64,000 nucleotides of DNA, from assembly GCF_009914755.1 (NCBI RefSeq), contig NC_060931.1; one strand, 5' to 3'. Below are positions 38,851 to 52,137 of this stretch, in pieces (positions within the stretch are counted from its first letter, which is position 1; each line of letters opens with the position of its first letter). The position numbers and the translations under genes are program-made. The stretch is from the human T2T-CHM13v2.0 reference genome, Homo sapiens. The notes below the pieces were generated by a model. It did not search any database and was not told where the DNA came from. It was given only the letters and a program-made list of their open reading frames with translations.

Positions 38851-40648
38851 GGCCCCAAATGCACAAGAAAAAACAAACCCTGTGGATTTTATTATTAAGG
38901 TTAAGCAGGTCTGGAAAATATCTCAAAGCAATAGGAGTTTAATACCTGTTAAATAGGCAATGGCCTGTTGAATTGGCTTGTTAATATATGGTCAGTGTAG
39001 CACTAACTTATGTTTATAAGTAACTTTTGTTATAAAAAGAAAAAGAAAGACAAGAGGAAGAAAATATCACACACGGTATGGAAAAAATTTTCATTAAGTT
39101 GCCTCTCCAACTCAGAAACTGTAAGCTGACATTTTGAAAAGGGCTCAGGTGGAAAGCCAGCAGTACTAACATCTGCATGAAAGGTGGATCTTAGGAGACA
39201 TAACTTCATAAAGTTGCAATTTTACAAAGGTGAGTCCTGTCATCTCATCTGTGATCATAAGCCTATAGACATTCCCAGAGTTACATTATTATTTTTGGCC
39301 TTTGATGACATTTTTCTCTTGAAAATGGCTGAAGTAACATATCAAAATTAAAACTGGCTCAATTTCTCAGAGTTCAGACAGGTTAACTCAATCTTGAAAG
39401 CAATGATAATAAACTTGCTGATCATTTTTGAAGCTTAGAAGAAAATTAGATTATCAAGGAGATGAGATTTAATGAGGCCATAATCAGCACCTTGATTAAC
39501 AGATGACTAATAACATAATATTTGAATCCACTTATGATCAAAGACATTAGGCCACTGAGCACTACAGGCACTCCTGGCTTACTAAGAAATAGAGCTCTCC
39601 CTATGAAAAGTTCAGGTGCTGTTAAATGGGAAGATGTAAAAGCGCCCAGGGTCTCTGAAATTTACATTTCTGTTTCCTTGCTTTGAGCTCTGTGCACTAT
39701 TGGAGCTGTCTGTCATTAAGAACCCAGCACTGACTTCATAAAACAATTCCTCTTCTTTTATTTCTTTTTTTCACAGATATTAATGCAGAAGATACAAGAT
39801 GAAGATGAAATAAGACTGGATATTTGCAGTCATATTCCTGGGATGATGAGGCAGGGAGTGCATGGAAGGAAGAGAAATGTCAAAGAGAACATCTCAGTTT
39901 CCACAGTTTTATCCAAGATTCGTGGCCCAATTTCCAACTATCCCTGTCACCAATTCCAGGAATATCTACGATCTGAAGACTGATGATCACATACTTTCTA
40001 GCTTCAACAAAACAAAGTTAGAAATCTAGCTAATAATCATATGTACAATCTCTCCATTTATTTCCCTTAAGCCAACTAACTTTTTTGAGTTTATACAGAT
40101 CTCCATTCGGATCTTCTGGAAAAGCTAACCCATAGTGTGTTAAACCGCCATCAAATCATCACAGCATGCAGACTGGATACAGCTGGAAGATCTGCTTTAT
40201 TGCCTTGAATTTGTGACCCTTGAAAAACCACTCAGTTGTTTTTCTCTCTGTGTGTGAGGAGACTTGACTTATAAGGTGCATCATGGGCATTATTTAAAAT
40301 CTTTTCAGCCTTTACCTTAATAGCTAGAGCACAGTATTTAATATACTGGTAGGGGAGAAGCACGGAGAGCTGACCCAAAAATCAAGGGCGACTTTAAAGG
40401 AGCCCCACTTCCAGTAGCAACTCCTCCTGTGACTTGCTGTTCGGTGTCTCCTGCTGTGGGTATAGATGCTAGCTCTATCTATAACATTCTATCGTGACCA
40501 AATCAGACAGCACGTACAAGGACTAGAAAAACAACTGCTGTGTCAAGGCACAGAGGGCACTGATGGTAGAGAAGGAAGGGCCTTAGCTATCGTTACTCCA
40601 GGCCTAATCAACAGCCAGAATGTTTCTGAAACTGCCATTTATGATGTC

Positions 40649-41025
40649 TGTATTAGTTTGCTTGGGCTGCCACAACACAAAACCACAGACCAAGTGGCTT
40701 TCTCACAGTTCTGGAGGCTGAAAGTCCAAGATCAAGGTGTTGGTAGGTGCAGTTTCCCCCCGTGGCCTCTCTCCTTGGCTTGCAGATGACCACCTTCTTG
40801 CTGTGTCCTCGTGTGGCTTTTTGTCTGTGTGCGTGCGTCCCTGTTGCCTCTCCCTCTTCTTATGAGGACACCAGTCCTGCTGGATTAAGGCTCACATATA
40901 TGACCTCACTTAACCTTAATCACCTCCTTAATGGCCCTATGTCCCAAAACAGTCACATTCTGAGGTACTGGGGATTAGGAATTCAGCTAATGACTCTGAG
41001 GAGAACACAATTCAGTCCATGATGT
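40649..41025 (-). mobile_element. MLT1A-like LTR
   Basis: tgtattagtttgcttgggctgcc...tctcacagttctggaggctgaaagtccaagatcaagg...acacaattcagtccat. Confidence 0.85.
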
Positions 41026-41064
41026 AACAATGAAAGTTTTTGATCTGGCAAAATAATCACAAAG

Positions 41065-41280
41065 TCTAACACCTACTGAGTGGCCACTTTGATCCAGGCA
41101 TGGTTCTAAGTTTCACAATTCTGTTAGCTCATACTCCTCACAATAATTGCATATGGTTGGCACATTATTATGAGAAAACAGAGGCACAGAGGCTGAGAAC
41201 TTGCCCAAAGTCACACATCTAATAGGTGGTAAGCCAGAATTGGAATTCAGGCAGGCTGAGTTATTTTAGCCCTATGATCC
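41065..41280 (-). mobile_element. MIR
   Basis: atgagaaaacagaggcacagagg...aacttgcccaaagtcacac. Confidence 0.8.
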
Positions 41281-41524
41281 GCCTCAAGAGCCCACCAGCT
41301 TGACCCCTGCTCTCCCACCTCTGTGCCCCAGGCTGTAAAGGATGATGAAGGATAAAGCTGCCCAACAAGAAGCAACTGTTGATAAATGAGGATAATGTAA
41401 CTAAAGGCACCATTCTCCATGCTCTCAGGATACAGTCCTCATCTGTGAATAAAGATATCAATTGTTCACTAGTTTTTCTCAAAGTCCCATAATTCCATGG
41501 AGTTTATTCCATGTGATTCATATC

Positions 41525-41780
41525 ACAGAGTGGTTAAGTCTACGGGCTCTGAGATCACACTTCCTGGCCTTAAAATCTGAGCTCTGCCACTTCTAACCAT
41601 GCAACTTGGGGCAAGTTACTTAATCTCTCTAGGCCTCCGATTCCTCATCTATTAAATGAGGATGATAACAGTACCCACCACCTAGAGCTATCATGAAGGT
41701 TGAGGGAGACGAGTTACATAAAGTATCTGCTGAGTGCCTGGCACATATCATGCACTCAGGAAATGCTGGATAACACTATT
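41525..41780 (+). mobile_element. MIR, near full length
   Basis: agagtggttaag...ggcaagttacttaatctctctaggcctccgattcctcatctattaaatgagg...agtgcctggcacat. Confidence 0.85.
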
Positions 41781-44339
41781 ATCACTCAACTAACACTTTG
41801 TAAATGATAAATTATGCAAAGGGTAGGTGTTTCATAAATGCTTGATTGACCGAAGTTCTGCTACATGTCATACTGCAAACGAATATCTTCATGAGGAAGA
41901 TGCATGATGAAAAACCCTCCCAAAACAAGCTACTTGGGAATTTATAATGCTTCCTTGTTTTTTCATTTGTACTTTTAAGTATCAAAGACACAGTTATATT
42001 TTTCAGAAAGTTATTTTATAGCTTTGAATATTGCAGTAGTAGAGGCTCCCAGAGTATACAAGAACAATTTATGCAGATGTAAAAGAACCAACTAACAATG
42101 GATATGAGAAAAATCAACGGAATATGATAAACTACTGCCTGAGGAAACAAGAAAGCATGAATACTAAAGGAAAAAAGAATAAGTTCATTTCCAAAATGAA
42201 AATTTTTATGACAGATACTCAGTTTTCTCACGTAAAACAGAATTGTAATTATGGATTGCCATGAGAATCAAGTAGATAATATACAAAACGCTTTCTAAAT
42301 GTCAAAGCCCTTTGTAGAAAGTCTTCAATATAAAAATACTTTGTCACTGCTTTTGCCTAAGCCAGTCAAATAAGGCTTGGAAATTTGGAAATTGTTAAAG
42401 CCCCTTGGAAGATTCTTATAACTAATCAGGTTTGGGAACATATTCCAGCAGATATGCAATCAAAGAAGCCATTATCTTTATTATATGTGTGCAATCTCAG
42501 GCTTATATCCAAGTGGTTAACATCATAGAACGACTCTTTAGAGACACAAGTCAAATGTGTGACTTGACTCATAAGTCTGAAATAGGACCCAAGAATCTGT
42601 ATTTTAAAAAGCCTCCAGGTGATGGTTATTGGGAAACTTTAATTTTTTTCACTGTGTCTGTCACTTAATGGACACTTAAGTGTGTATGTAGCTCTAGTAT
42701 GAGATCCCTAAAAAGACACTTAAAAATATGTCTGGTTCCAGGTTTCAGTCAGTCACCATAAGACATTCCTTCTAGTGTATGTCCTTCCTTTAGATTGCTA
42801 TGCCAATGGCAAAATCCATGTTGGGGCTTACAAGGTGACTTATAAGAGAGAATCACCATCAATGGGAACCAATAAAACTCATGCAAATCTGAAAACCAAC
42901 TGCAGCTCATTTCTGCAGTTGTTCAAAACCATTTCCGATAGTCTCCCTGGGCTTGGATGAGAGATATGCCTCATTCTCTGCATCCCATTACCAGAATGGT
43001 ACAGTCAACCTGGGAATCATTTAGACAGATGCATCCAAACTAAATAATGAGTTTAATTCACAAGGGGAAGTGGAAAATATATGGAATTAGTCTCTAAATA
43101 AATGCTGAGGAATGGGACTCTAAACCCTCCCTAGTTGGCATGGTTAATTAATATTGTAGGGTAAAATGCAACTAAAGCGGGTAACAGAATAGGACAGATA
43201 AAAGGAAACCATCAGAGAAATAACATGAAGAGCTTCCTCTAGGAGTGATTTCTTAAACTGGGGACAGGCTTCATAGGAAATGGCACAGTAATGCCTGTGA
43301 CATCTGCAATTTGACTGGGTCAATTTTTAGTTCCGCTTAAATTAAGGCTTTTCATTTAGATAGGCCAGAACTGAAGAGATGCTCTTACTGATGAAATAAA
43401 ATAAATAAGAATAAAGAGGTTAACAGATAAACAAGTTAAACAAATGTAACAAGTTTTTGTTTTCTTCCTCCTGTCTGGCACCATGGACAGCAACACCCTA
43501 CAATTCCCATGAAGTAGGCAGACTTACTTGCCAGTGAGGAAAGAGGAGATTTATTGGATGTGATGGAAATGAAATAAATAGAAAGACTATAGATAAATGC
43601 AGAACAGTTTGAAAAGCAAGGGCCGTTACATTCTTTTGACACCTACAGGTTTCCACTATCTGCTCCCTCCCACAGAAGTCAATTTTATTGGCAATCATAG
43701 CCGTTTATACTTATATTTTAAAAACTTTAAATCAAGATTGTGTAATCAAAACACATATTTCCAATAAGAATAATATTACCAAGGAGAGTGGCAGTCTTAA
43801 CTAAGAGCTCAGTGGCCACATTCTCTTGTTTTTTGCCATATAATGAATACAACTATATCTAAATTAAACTAAGAATCTCATAGCCAATCACACAACAATT
43901 TCATACTATTTAGCAAGCTATGTGAACAGCTTTACAGGGTGATGATTTTTGCAGAAACGAACAGGAGACACCCATTGAACCTGGGAAGTCTAGCTGAAAA
44001 TGGGATTGTGGAAAGGTATAGAAATCATTTCTTCAAAGAATACCAATTGGGTTGAGAGAATACTCATGCACAAATGACAAGTGATGAAACTAGGATATCA
44101 AAATATATCATAATTATGGAAGTATAGTGACATCATCAAGAGATTCTGTATCTTTTCCCTACTACTTTAATTGCTTCAAAAGAAAGAAGACTTTTGTGCA
44201 CTAGACCACAAGCTTGACCAAAACAGAAATTTTTCTCTAAATTGTTCATTTCTTTCAGTGCCTTGTACAATGCCTTGAGTCAATGAAGAATCCTTTTGAT
44301 AAAGATTTGTGTATAGGGAATTTATTCTCTGTTACCTTA

Positions 44340-44860
44340 AAAAAAGTGTCCTGCTCCTAGCTCAAGTCAATTCCTCAGTTGTGTATTAGATACTATCTCC
44401 TCCTGCCTACTCAAGGGAACAGATCAGCTGTTCTTCCCTTTGTCTGATGAATCACCACATTTTCATTCTGGTCTAAATGAGTCCCTTTCACATATTTCTG
44501 CCTTCTTAAGAAAATGTTCTTTTGACCCTCACTCCTTCTCCCAGCTATAGTCTTGGTCTTTGACCCCCCTTTGCTTCAAAAGGCAAAACTTGAAAATTGC
44601 TGCCTCCAGGCCTCTAAATACCATTCCCTTTGCTCTGCTTATTCTTGCCTTACTTGGTTTTCTTTCTATAGCTCTCATCATTTTCTAGCAGACAGTATAA
44701 TCTACTTAGTAATTGTGCTCTATTTATTGTCTGCCTCCCTGTTTTGGAATGTAAGATCCACAATGGCAACGACCTTTGTCTGTCTTGTTCACTGAAGTTT
44801 CTGGAATAGCTAGATCAATTCCTGGCATGCAGAACACACTCAGTAAATCCATAGCAAATT
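44340..44860 (+). mobile_element. L2 3' fragment
   Basis: tttattgtctgcctcc...gaatgtaagatcca...ctttgtctgtcttgttcactg...cctggcatgcagaacacactcagtaaat. Confidence 0.75.
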
Positions 44861-45053
44861 CATGCCTCAATAGTTACCTGCTATTGTTTTAAATGGGCCT
44901 CCACATGATATCATCTATCAAATAACCTAAAAACTTCCTTAAAAGTTAATACTAAGATGAAACACTTTAAAATTTGGAAAATATTTACACAATAAGATGG
45001 TTTTCAACATTAAAGAACTCCTGCAGAAATTTACAGCTACAACTAAGAGTATA

Positions 45054-48000
45054 TGCTATGGTTTCAATGTCCCTGCCAAAACTCATGTTGAAATTTAATT
45101 GCCGTTGTAACAGTGTTGAGAGGTAGGATTTTTATGAGGTGATTAGGCCATGATGGCTTCACCTTCATGAATGGATTAATGCCATTATCATGTGAGTGGC
45201 CTAGTTATCATGGGAGTGGGCTCCTGGTATTAAAGATGAGTTTGGCCTGACTTCTTTTCCGTTTTGTGCACTTGCTTTCACCTTCTGTCCTTCTGCCAAT
45301 GTCTGAGCAGATGCTGATGCCACGCCCTTGGTCTTCATAGCCTCCAGACTGTGAGAAATAAATTTTTCTTTATAAATTACCTGGTCAGTGGTATTCTATT
45401 GTAGCAGCAGACTGAGACGGAAAATTTATACCAGAAAGTGGGGCTGTTGCTATAACAAATACCTGAAAATGCAGAAGAAGCTTTAGAATTGGGTAATGGA
45501 TAGAGGATGGAAGAGTTTGGAGCAGGCTAAAAAGAGCATTTATGGCTGTGAACAGAGCATTAAGGGTGATTCTCGTGAGGGCTCAGAAGAGGAGAGCTAT
45601 AGGAAAAACCTAAATCTCCTTAGAGATTACTTAGGTGGTTGTGACCAGAATCATAGTAAAAATATGGACAGTAAAGGCCATTCTGGTGATGTCTCAGACA
45701 AAAAAGAGGAACAAGGCATTGGAACCTGAAGAAAAGGGAATCCTTGTTATACAGTAACAAAGACCTTAGCTGAGTTGTGTCCATGCCCAGCGGACTTTAT
45801 GGAATGTAGAAATTGAGGGTGATTGATATGGTGTGGATTTGTGTCCACACCCAAATCTCATGTTAAACAATAATCCCCAATGTTGGAGGAGGGACCTGTT
45901 GGGAGATGACTGGATCATGGGGGTGGACTTCCCCCTTGCTATTCTCATAATAGTGACTTCTCATGAGATCTGATTGTTTAAAAGTGTGTAGCACTTCCTC
46001 CTTCACTCTCTTCCTCCTGCTCCAGACAAGTAAGATATGCCTCCTTCCTTTTCACCCTCCACCATGATTGTAAGTTTCCAGAGGCCTCCCCATCCATGCT
46101 TCCTGTACAGACTGTGGAACTGTGAACCAATTTAACCTCTTTTCTTTATAAATTACCCAGTTTCAGGTAGTTCTTCATAGCAGTGAGAGAATGAAATAAT
46201 ATGAATAATTGGCACCAAGCAGTGGGGCATTGCTATAAAGATACCTGCAAATATGGAAGTAACTTTGGAACTGGGTATTGGGTAGAGGTTGGAAGAATGT
46301 GGAGGGCTCAAAAGAAGACAGAAAGATGAGGGAAAGTTTGGAACTTCCTAGAGACTCATTAAATTGTTGTAACCAAAATTCTGATAGTGATATAGTCAAT
46401 GAAGTCCAGGCTGAGGAGGTCTCAGATGGAGATGAGGAACTTATTAGGAACTGGAGCAAAGGTCATTTGTGTAATTTGTTAGCAAAGAGATGGCAGGCAT
46501 TGTGCCCCTGCCCTACAGAGATGATTTAAGGTATCTGGTGGAAGAAATTTCTAAGCAGCAAAATGTTCAAGATTTCACCTGGCTGCTTCTAGCAGCCTAT
46601 GCTTATATTCATGAGCAAAGAAATGACCTGAAGCTAGAACTTATGTTTAAAAGGGAAGTAGACTGTAAAAGTTTGGAAAATTTGCAGCCTGGCCATGTGG
46701 TAGAAAAGAAAAACCCATTTTCTGGAGAAGAATTCAAGTTGGCTGCAGAAATTTGCATAAGTAAAAAGGAGCCAAGACAATGGGGAAAATGCCTTGAAGG
46801 CATTTTTTTTCAGAGACCTTCTTGGCAGCGCCTTCCATCACAGGCCCTGAGGCCTAGAAGGAAAGAATGGTTCTGTGGGCTGGCCCAGGGCCCTACTGCC
46901 CTGAGCAGCCTCGGGACACTGCTCCATGCATCCCAGCCACTCCAGCTCCAGTCATGGTTAAAAGGGCCCCAGAGAAGTCTCAGACCACTGCTCCAGAGGA
47001 TGTAAGCTATAAGGCTTGATGACTTCCATACAGTGTTATGCCTGTAGGTATGCAGAGGGCAAGAGCTGAGGCATGGGAGCCTCTGCCTAGATTTCAGAGG
47101 ATGTATGGAAACACCTGGTCCAGGCAGAATTTTGCTATAGGAGCAAAGCTCTCATGGAGAACCTCTACTAGGGCAGTGCCAAGAAGAAATATGGGATTGG
47201 ACTCCTTACACAGATGCCCCACTGGGGAACTGCCTAGTGGAGCTGTGAGAAGAGGGCCACAGTCCTCCAGACCCCACAATGGCAGATCCACTGACAGCTT
47301 GTACCCTGCACCTGCAAAAGCTGCAGGCACTCAACACCAGCCGATGAAAGCAGTCTCAGGAACTGTGCCCTGCAGAGCCACAGAGGCAGAGCTGCCCAAG
47401 GCCTTGGGAGCCCACCCCTTGTGTCAGTGTCGCCTGAATATGAGACATGGGGTCAAGGGAGATTATTTTGGACCTTTCAGATTTAATGACTGCCTTGCTG
47501 GGTTTCAGACTTGCATGGGGCCCGTAGCCCCTTTTTTTGATCAATTTATCCCTTTTGGAATGGATATATTTACCCAATGCCTGTATCTCTATTGTATCTT
47601 GGAAGTAATTAACTTGTTTTCTATTTTTACAGGCTCATAGGTGGAAGGGTCTTGCTTTGTCTCAGATAAGACTTTGAACTGTGGACTTTTGAGTTAATGC
47701 TGAAATGAGTTAAGACTTGGGGGACTGTTGAGAAGAAATTATTGTATTTTAAAATGTGAGAAGGACATGAGATTTGGGAGGCCAGAGAAGGAATGATATG
47801 GTTTGGATTAGTGTCCCCACTCAAATTTCATGTCAAATTGTAAACCCAAGTGTTGGAGGAGGAACCTGGTGGGAGGTGATTGGATCATGGGGGTGGACTT
47901 CCCCCTTGCCATTCTTGCCATTCTCATAATAGTGAGTGAGTTCTCATGAGATCTGGCTGTTTAAAAGTATAAAGCACTTCTCCCTTCACTCTCTTCCTCC

Positions 48001-49848
48001 TGCTTCAGCCATGTAAGATGTACCTCCTTCCTCTTCACCTTCTGCCATAATTGTAAGTTTCCTGAGTGCCCCCCATCCATGCTTCCTGTTCAGCCTGAGG
48101 AATCATGAGCCAATTAAACCTCATTTCTTTATGATTACCCAGTCTCAGGTAGTTCTTTATAGCAGTGTGAGAGTGGACTAATACAGTGATGCACAAGGAT
48201 CTCTGGTGGAAGAAATATCTAAGCAGCAAAGCATTCAGGTTGCTGTGTGGTTACTTTCAACTACATATAGTGGAATGCTAGAGAAAAGAAATTACTTAAA
48301 TATGCAATTTATAATTCAAAGGAAACAGAACAAAAAGATTTGAAAATTCACAGCCTGACTATGTAAAGAATAAAAAGCATGTCAGAGAGACAATGCTAAG
48401 GGTATAGCCACGTGATCATTTGTTAAAGAGATTAATATGAACAAAAAGAAGCCAAGTGCTATTCATCAAGACAATGAAAGACCCCACAATCATTCTGAAA
48501 ATTTTCTAGGCTGCCCCTCTCATCACAGTCTCAGCGCTCTAGAAGGGCTGAACAGTTTTGGGAGATAGGCCTGGGGCACCCTCCACCCTCCACAGGCTCA
48601 CTGCCCAGGACAACCAAGGGACTCTGCTCCCCACTTCTCAGTGCAGCACTCTTTGCCCAGCCCAGCTGTGGCTCAAGTGGCCCCAAGAGCAGCTCAACCC
48701 ACTGCTCCACATGTTACAAATGGTAAGCCTTAGTAGTGTCCACATGGTGATAATTCTACAGGTGCACAGAATGGAAGAACTTTGAGGAAATGGCTTCTTC
48801 CTCCCATAATATTTCAAAGGATTTCATAAAAAGCTTGGAACTCAGGCAGAAACTTGCCACAGAAGCAGAGGTGTCACAGAATCTCTACTAGGGCAATGTA
48901 TAGTGGAGCCCTGGGGTCAGGGCTGCCAGTGAAAACATAGAACTTGTAGGGCCACCAGCATGGAACTCCAACCCATTAAAGCTGGGTGAACTGAGCCTAG
49001 CAAAGTCACGGGGGCAGGACTTCCTGAGGCCATGGGGGCCCAACCCCAGCCACAGTGTATCCGGTAAATGGGATATAGAGTCAAGGGTGATTATTCTCCA
49101 GCTTTAACGTTTAATGTTTTCTCTGTTGGGTTTTGGGCTTACCTGGGACCAGTTATCTCTTTCTTCTTGTCTATTTAGCCCCTTTAGAATGGGAATGTCT
49201 GTCCTACGCCTGTCCCACCATTGTATTTTATAAGTAGATAACTTGTTTTGATTTCACAGGCTCACAGCTGAAAGGAATTAGCCTCAGGATGAATCATGCA
49301 TTCAGTCTCATCCACATATGATTTATACAGGACTCTGGACTTTGAACTTTTGAATTGATGTTGGAATAAGTTAAGACTTCTGGGGCTGTTGGGATGGAAT
49401 AAATGTATTTTGAATTGTGAGAAGGACATGAGTTTTGAGGGACCAGGAAGGAATTCTATGGTTTGAACATCCCTGCCAAAACTCATCTTGAAATTTAATT
49501 ACCATTGCAACAGTGTTGAGAGGCAGGATCTTTAAGAGATGATTAGGTCATGCGGGTTTCACGCTCATAAATGGATTAATGCCATTATCATGGCAGCGAG
49601 CTAGTTATCATGGGAGTGGGCTTCTGATAAAAAGGATAAGTTCAACCCAATTTCCTCTGTGTCACGTTAACTTGCTTCTACTTTCCACCCATCTGCCATG
49701 GGATGGTCTTCATCAGATGGCAGAGCCAATGCTGGCACCACATCCTTGGACTTCCCAGCCTCCAGAACTGTGAGAAATGAATTTCCTTTCCTTATAAATT
49801 ACCCACTCTGTGGTATTCTGCTACAGCAGCAAAAAACAGACTAAGACA
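45054..49848 (+). mobile_element. Complete older MST (MSTD-like) MaLR provirus: 5'LTR 45054-45419, split internal region, 3'LTR 49454-49848
   Basis: Two similar LTRs (ctatggttt...tccctgccaaaactcat...ttgaaatttaatt...agac). The internal region rejoins across the nested insert. Flanks gtata and gcatc may be a degenerate TSD. Confidence 0.9.
45824..48185 (+). mobile_element. Complete MSTA-like MaLR provirus nested in the older one: 5'LTR 45824-46203, internal about 1.59 kb, 3'LTR 47794-48185
   Basis: Paired LTRs start tgatatgg. A purine-rich tract precedes the 3'LTR. Perfect 5-bp TSD gtgat at 45819-45823 and 48186-48190. ORFs 46490..47005 and 47038..47640 are MaLR internal remnants. Confidence 0.93.
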
Positions 49849-50400
49849 GCATCTCTAGGTAAACTTTATTTCCAGCGATGCAGACATGCACCAATTCACT
49901 TATAGAATACTGCGCAATTATTGAGTTTAAAGATTAATGGAAATCCAGTATGAATTCAGGCAACAAAACTCATAATTACAAAAGAAGTTTCTCATACCAA
50001 TTAATTGATATCAATTAAATATATTAAGGCTCTCTGGTAAAAATATTATCCCATAAGAGAATAGTCTTACTCCAAAACCCAGTATATTAAAAATATTTTA
50101 AAATTGTACAAATTGAAGAACATAACTTGGACTTAAAGACAAGAAAAACATTCTTAGGCATAATTAAAATTATTTATTTTATTGTTTGTAAATGCATGTA
50201 AAATTCTTAGAAGACTGAAACAACTGTGTCCACAGATACCTATGGGCATCATGGAACTAGGGCAGCTTTTGAACCAGGAGTGACCAAAACTTTGCTCTAG
50301 TCTCTGTAGTCCAGGTTAGGATCAAGCCCAGGCCATGTCAGGCATTCTCCAATGGATAAAAGAGGTATAGTAAATGACAATATAAAAAGAGGGGTGTTGA

Positions 50401-50617
50401 CAAATGCACTCACATGTTCATTGCAGTACTATTGACAACAGCAGATTTATGAAATTAACCTAGGTACCTATCAGTTGTGGATTAAATAAATAAAATGTGG
50501 TACATATACACCACAGAATACTATGCAGCCATAAAAGGAATAAAATTGTGCCCATGAACCCTCTGAATCTAAGAAGTTGAAAAATAAATAAATAAATAAA
50601 AATCAAAAAAATAAAAA
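50401..50617 (+). mobile_element. Short L1 3' fragment (old L1PA, PA15/16-like), internally deleted, with an A-rich tail
   Basis: tgcactcacatgttcattgcag...aaaatgtggtacatatacaccacagaatactatgcagccataaaa jumps to accctctgaatctaa and an (AAAT)n tail. Confidence 0.8.
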
Positions 50618-50619
50618 AT

Positions 50620-50935
50620 CATCTTGGCTATTATAACTCCTTTGCCTTTCTCTCTCTCTCTGTCTCTCCCCGTATGTGTGTATGTATATATATGTATATG
50701 CATATAATCTTAGAATCAGTTTAACTATATCTATAAAACATTCTGTTGGAATTATGATTTATATGGCCTAAATTCTATTAGACATCAACTTATCAAAAAA
50801 AGTGTATTCATCTGGGAAACAAACCATCTACATTCCAGGAATAAACTCTCCCTAGCCATAGTATATTATCCTCTTAATATAGTGATGACTTCAATCTTCA
50901 AAGTTTCATTTATAAATGTTTTGCATGTATAGTCA
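50620..50935 (-). mobile_element. Old L1M ORF2 fragments with CT/TA microsatellite
   Basis: tcttggctatt...cctttgcctttc...ttagaatcagtt and accatctacattccaggaataaac resemble reverse L1M. Confidence 0.55.
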
Positions 50936-51841
50936 TAAATAAAGTTTACATAGAGTTTTTAAAAAGAGGGCTTTGATATTAAACGAGTGAGGCACATAAT
51001 ATGCAAAGCAAAGGGTAAATACAGAGAATAAGTGTGACAAGCAGGCAAGTCAAAACTGGGATGTACTTATTAGGCACCTAGCAAGTACTAGAAGCCATTG
51101 AAGGTTTGTAAAAATGACTAAACGTTGAGTCTTCCTTTAAATATTTTACAATTGAATGAGAACATAGATACACAGCTAAATTACTATCATGTAAGAAAAC
51201 TAGATAACAAATAACGTACTACTGAAGTAAACAGAGGAAAAGAGACTCCTGACTGAGGGGATGGGGAAAATACCACTAGAATATTCCTTGTGAGTTGACC
51301 TTAAAGAAGATGGGACTTGAACATAAGGAGATGGCAGATCCGGGAAGGAAGGGCAGTCAAATCATATGGAAGTAGCTGCAGTGAGGGAAGTGGAAAAGAG
51401 TTTGAAAGCCAGCAATTCAGTCCCAAAATTACACTATCAGACATAGACCACCAACTATTCACTGCACCAACTTCCTTTCTGCCTTTAATTACATCAGAGC
51501 ATCTTAATTCAAATCAGCCTCCTTAACGGGATCCCTAAAGAGAAAAGCCATTTACTTGGCTGATAAGCAGTTGAGCTCTGCCAAAAACTAAAAGGGGAAG
51601 TGTGATCAAATCCTTAGGGATGGCCAAAGAAAGATTTAGTACTATGAATGTGAGAGAAAGCCCAAAGCAAACTCTAGGTACAAATAATTTGTGTCCTATA
51701 GAGTGGGCACTGAATACAGAAAAATTCCAAACAAGTAGAATTTGCTCCAAGTCATGTAAATATATATTCTTAAGAGGGTATCTTAAGGAAACTACCCCAG
51801 ACAAGAGGTCAGAGATTTTTCTGTGTAAAAATGTATGTGTG

Positions 51842-52137
51842 GGCCGGGTGTGGTGGCTCACACCGGTAATCCCAGCACTTTGGGAGGCCAAGGCAGGTCG
51901 AATCAGTTAAGGTCAGAGGTTCGAGACCAGCCTGGCCAACATGGCAAAACCTGTCTCTACCAAAAACACAAAAATTAGTCAGGCGTGGTGGCAGGCACCT
52001 GTAATCCCACCTACTCAAGAGTCTGAGGCAGGAGAATCGCTTGAACCCGGCGGGCAGAGGTTGCAGTGAACAGAGACAGCGCCACTTCACTCCAGCCTGG
52101 GTGACAGAGCAAGACTCTGTCTCAAAACAAACAAACA
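51842..52137 (+). mobile_element. AluS, antisense to AMPH
   Basis: ggccgggtgtggtggctcac...(AAAC)n tail; imperfect TSD aaaaa(t/a)gtat(g/a)tgtg. Confidence 0.96.

Noticed and set aside
46490-47640. 171-aa and 200-aa ORFs as novel proteins
   Set aside because: They lie within MaLR internal sequence and are broken remnants with no gene structure.
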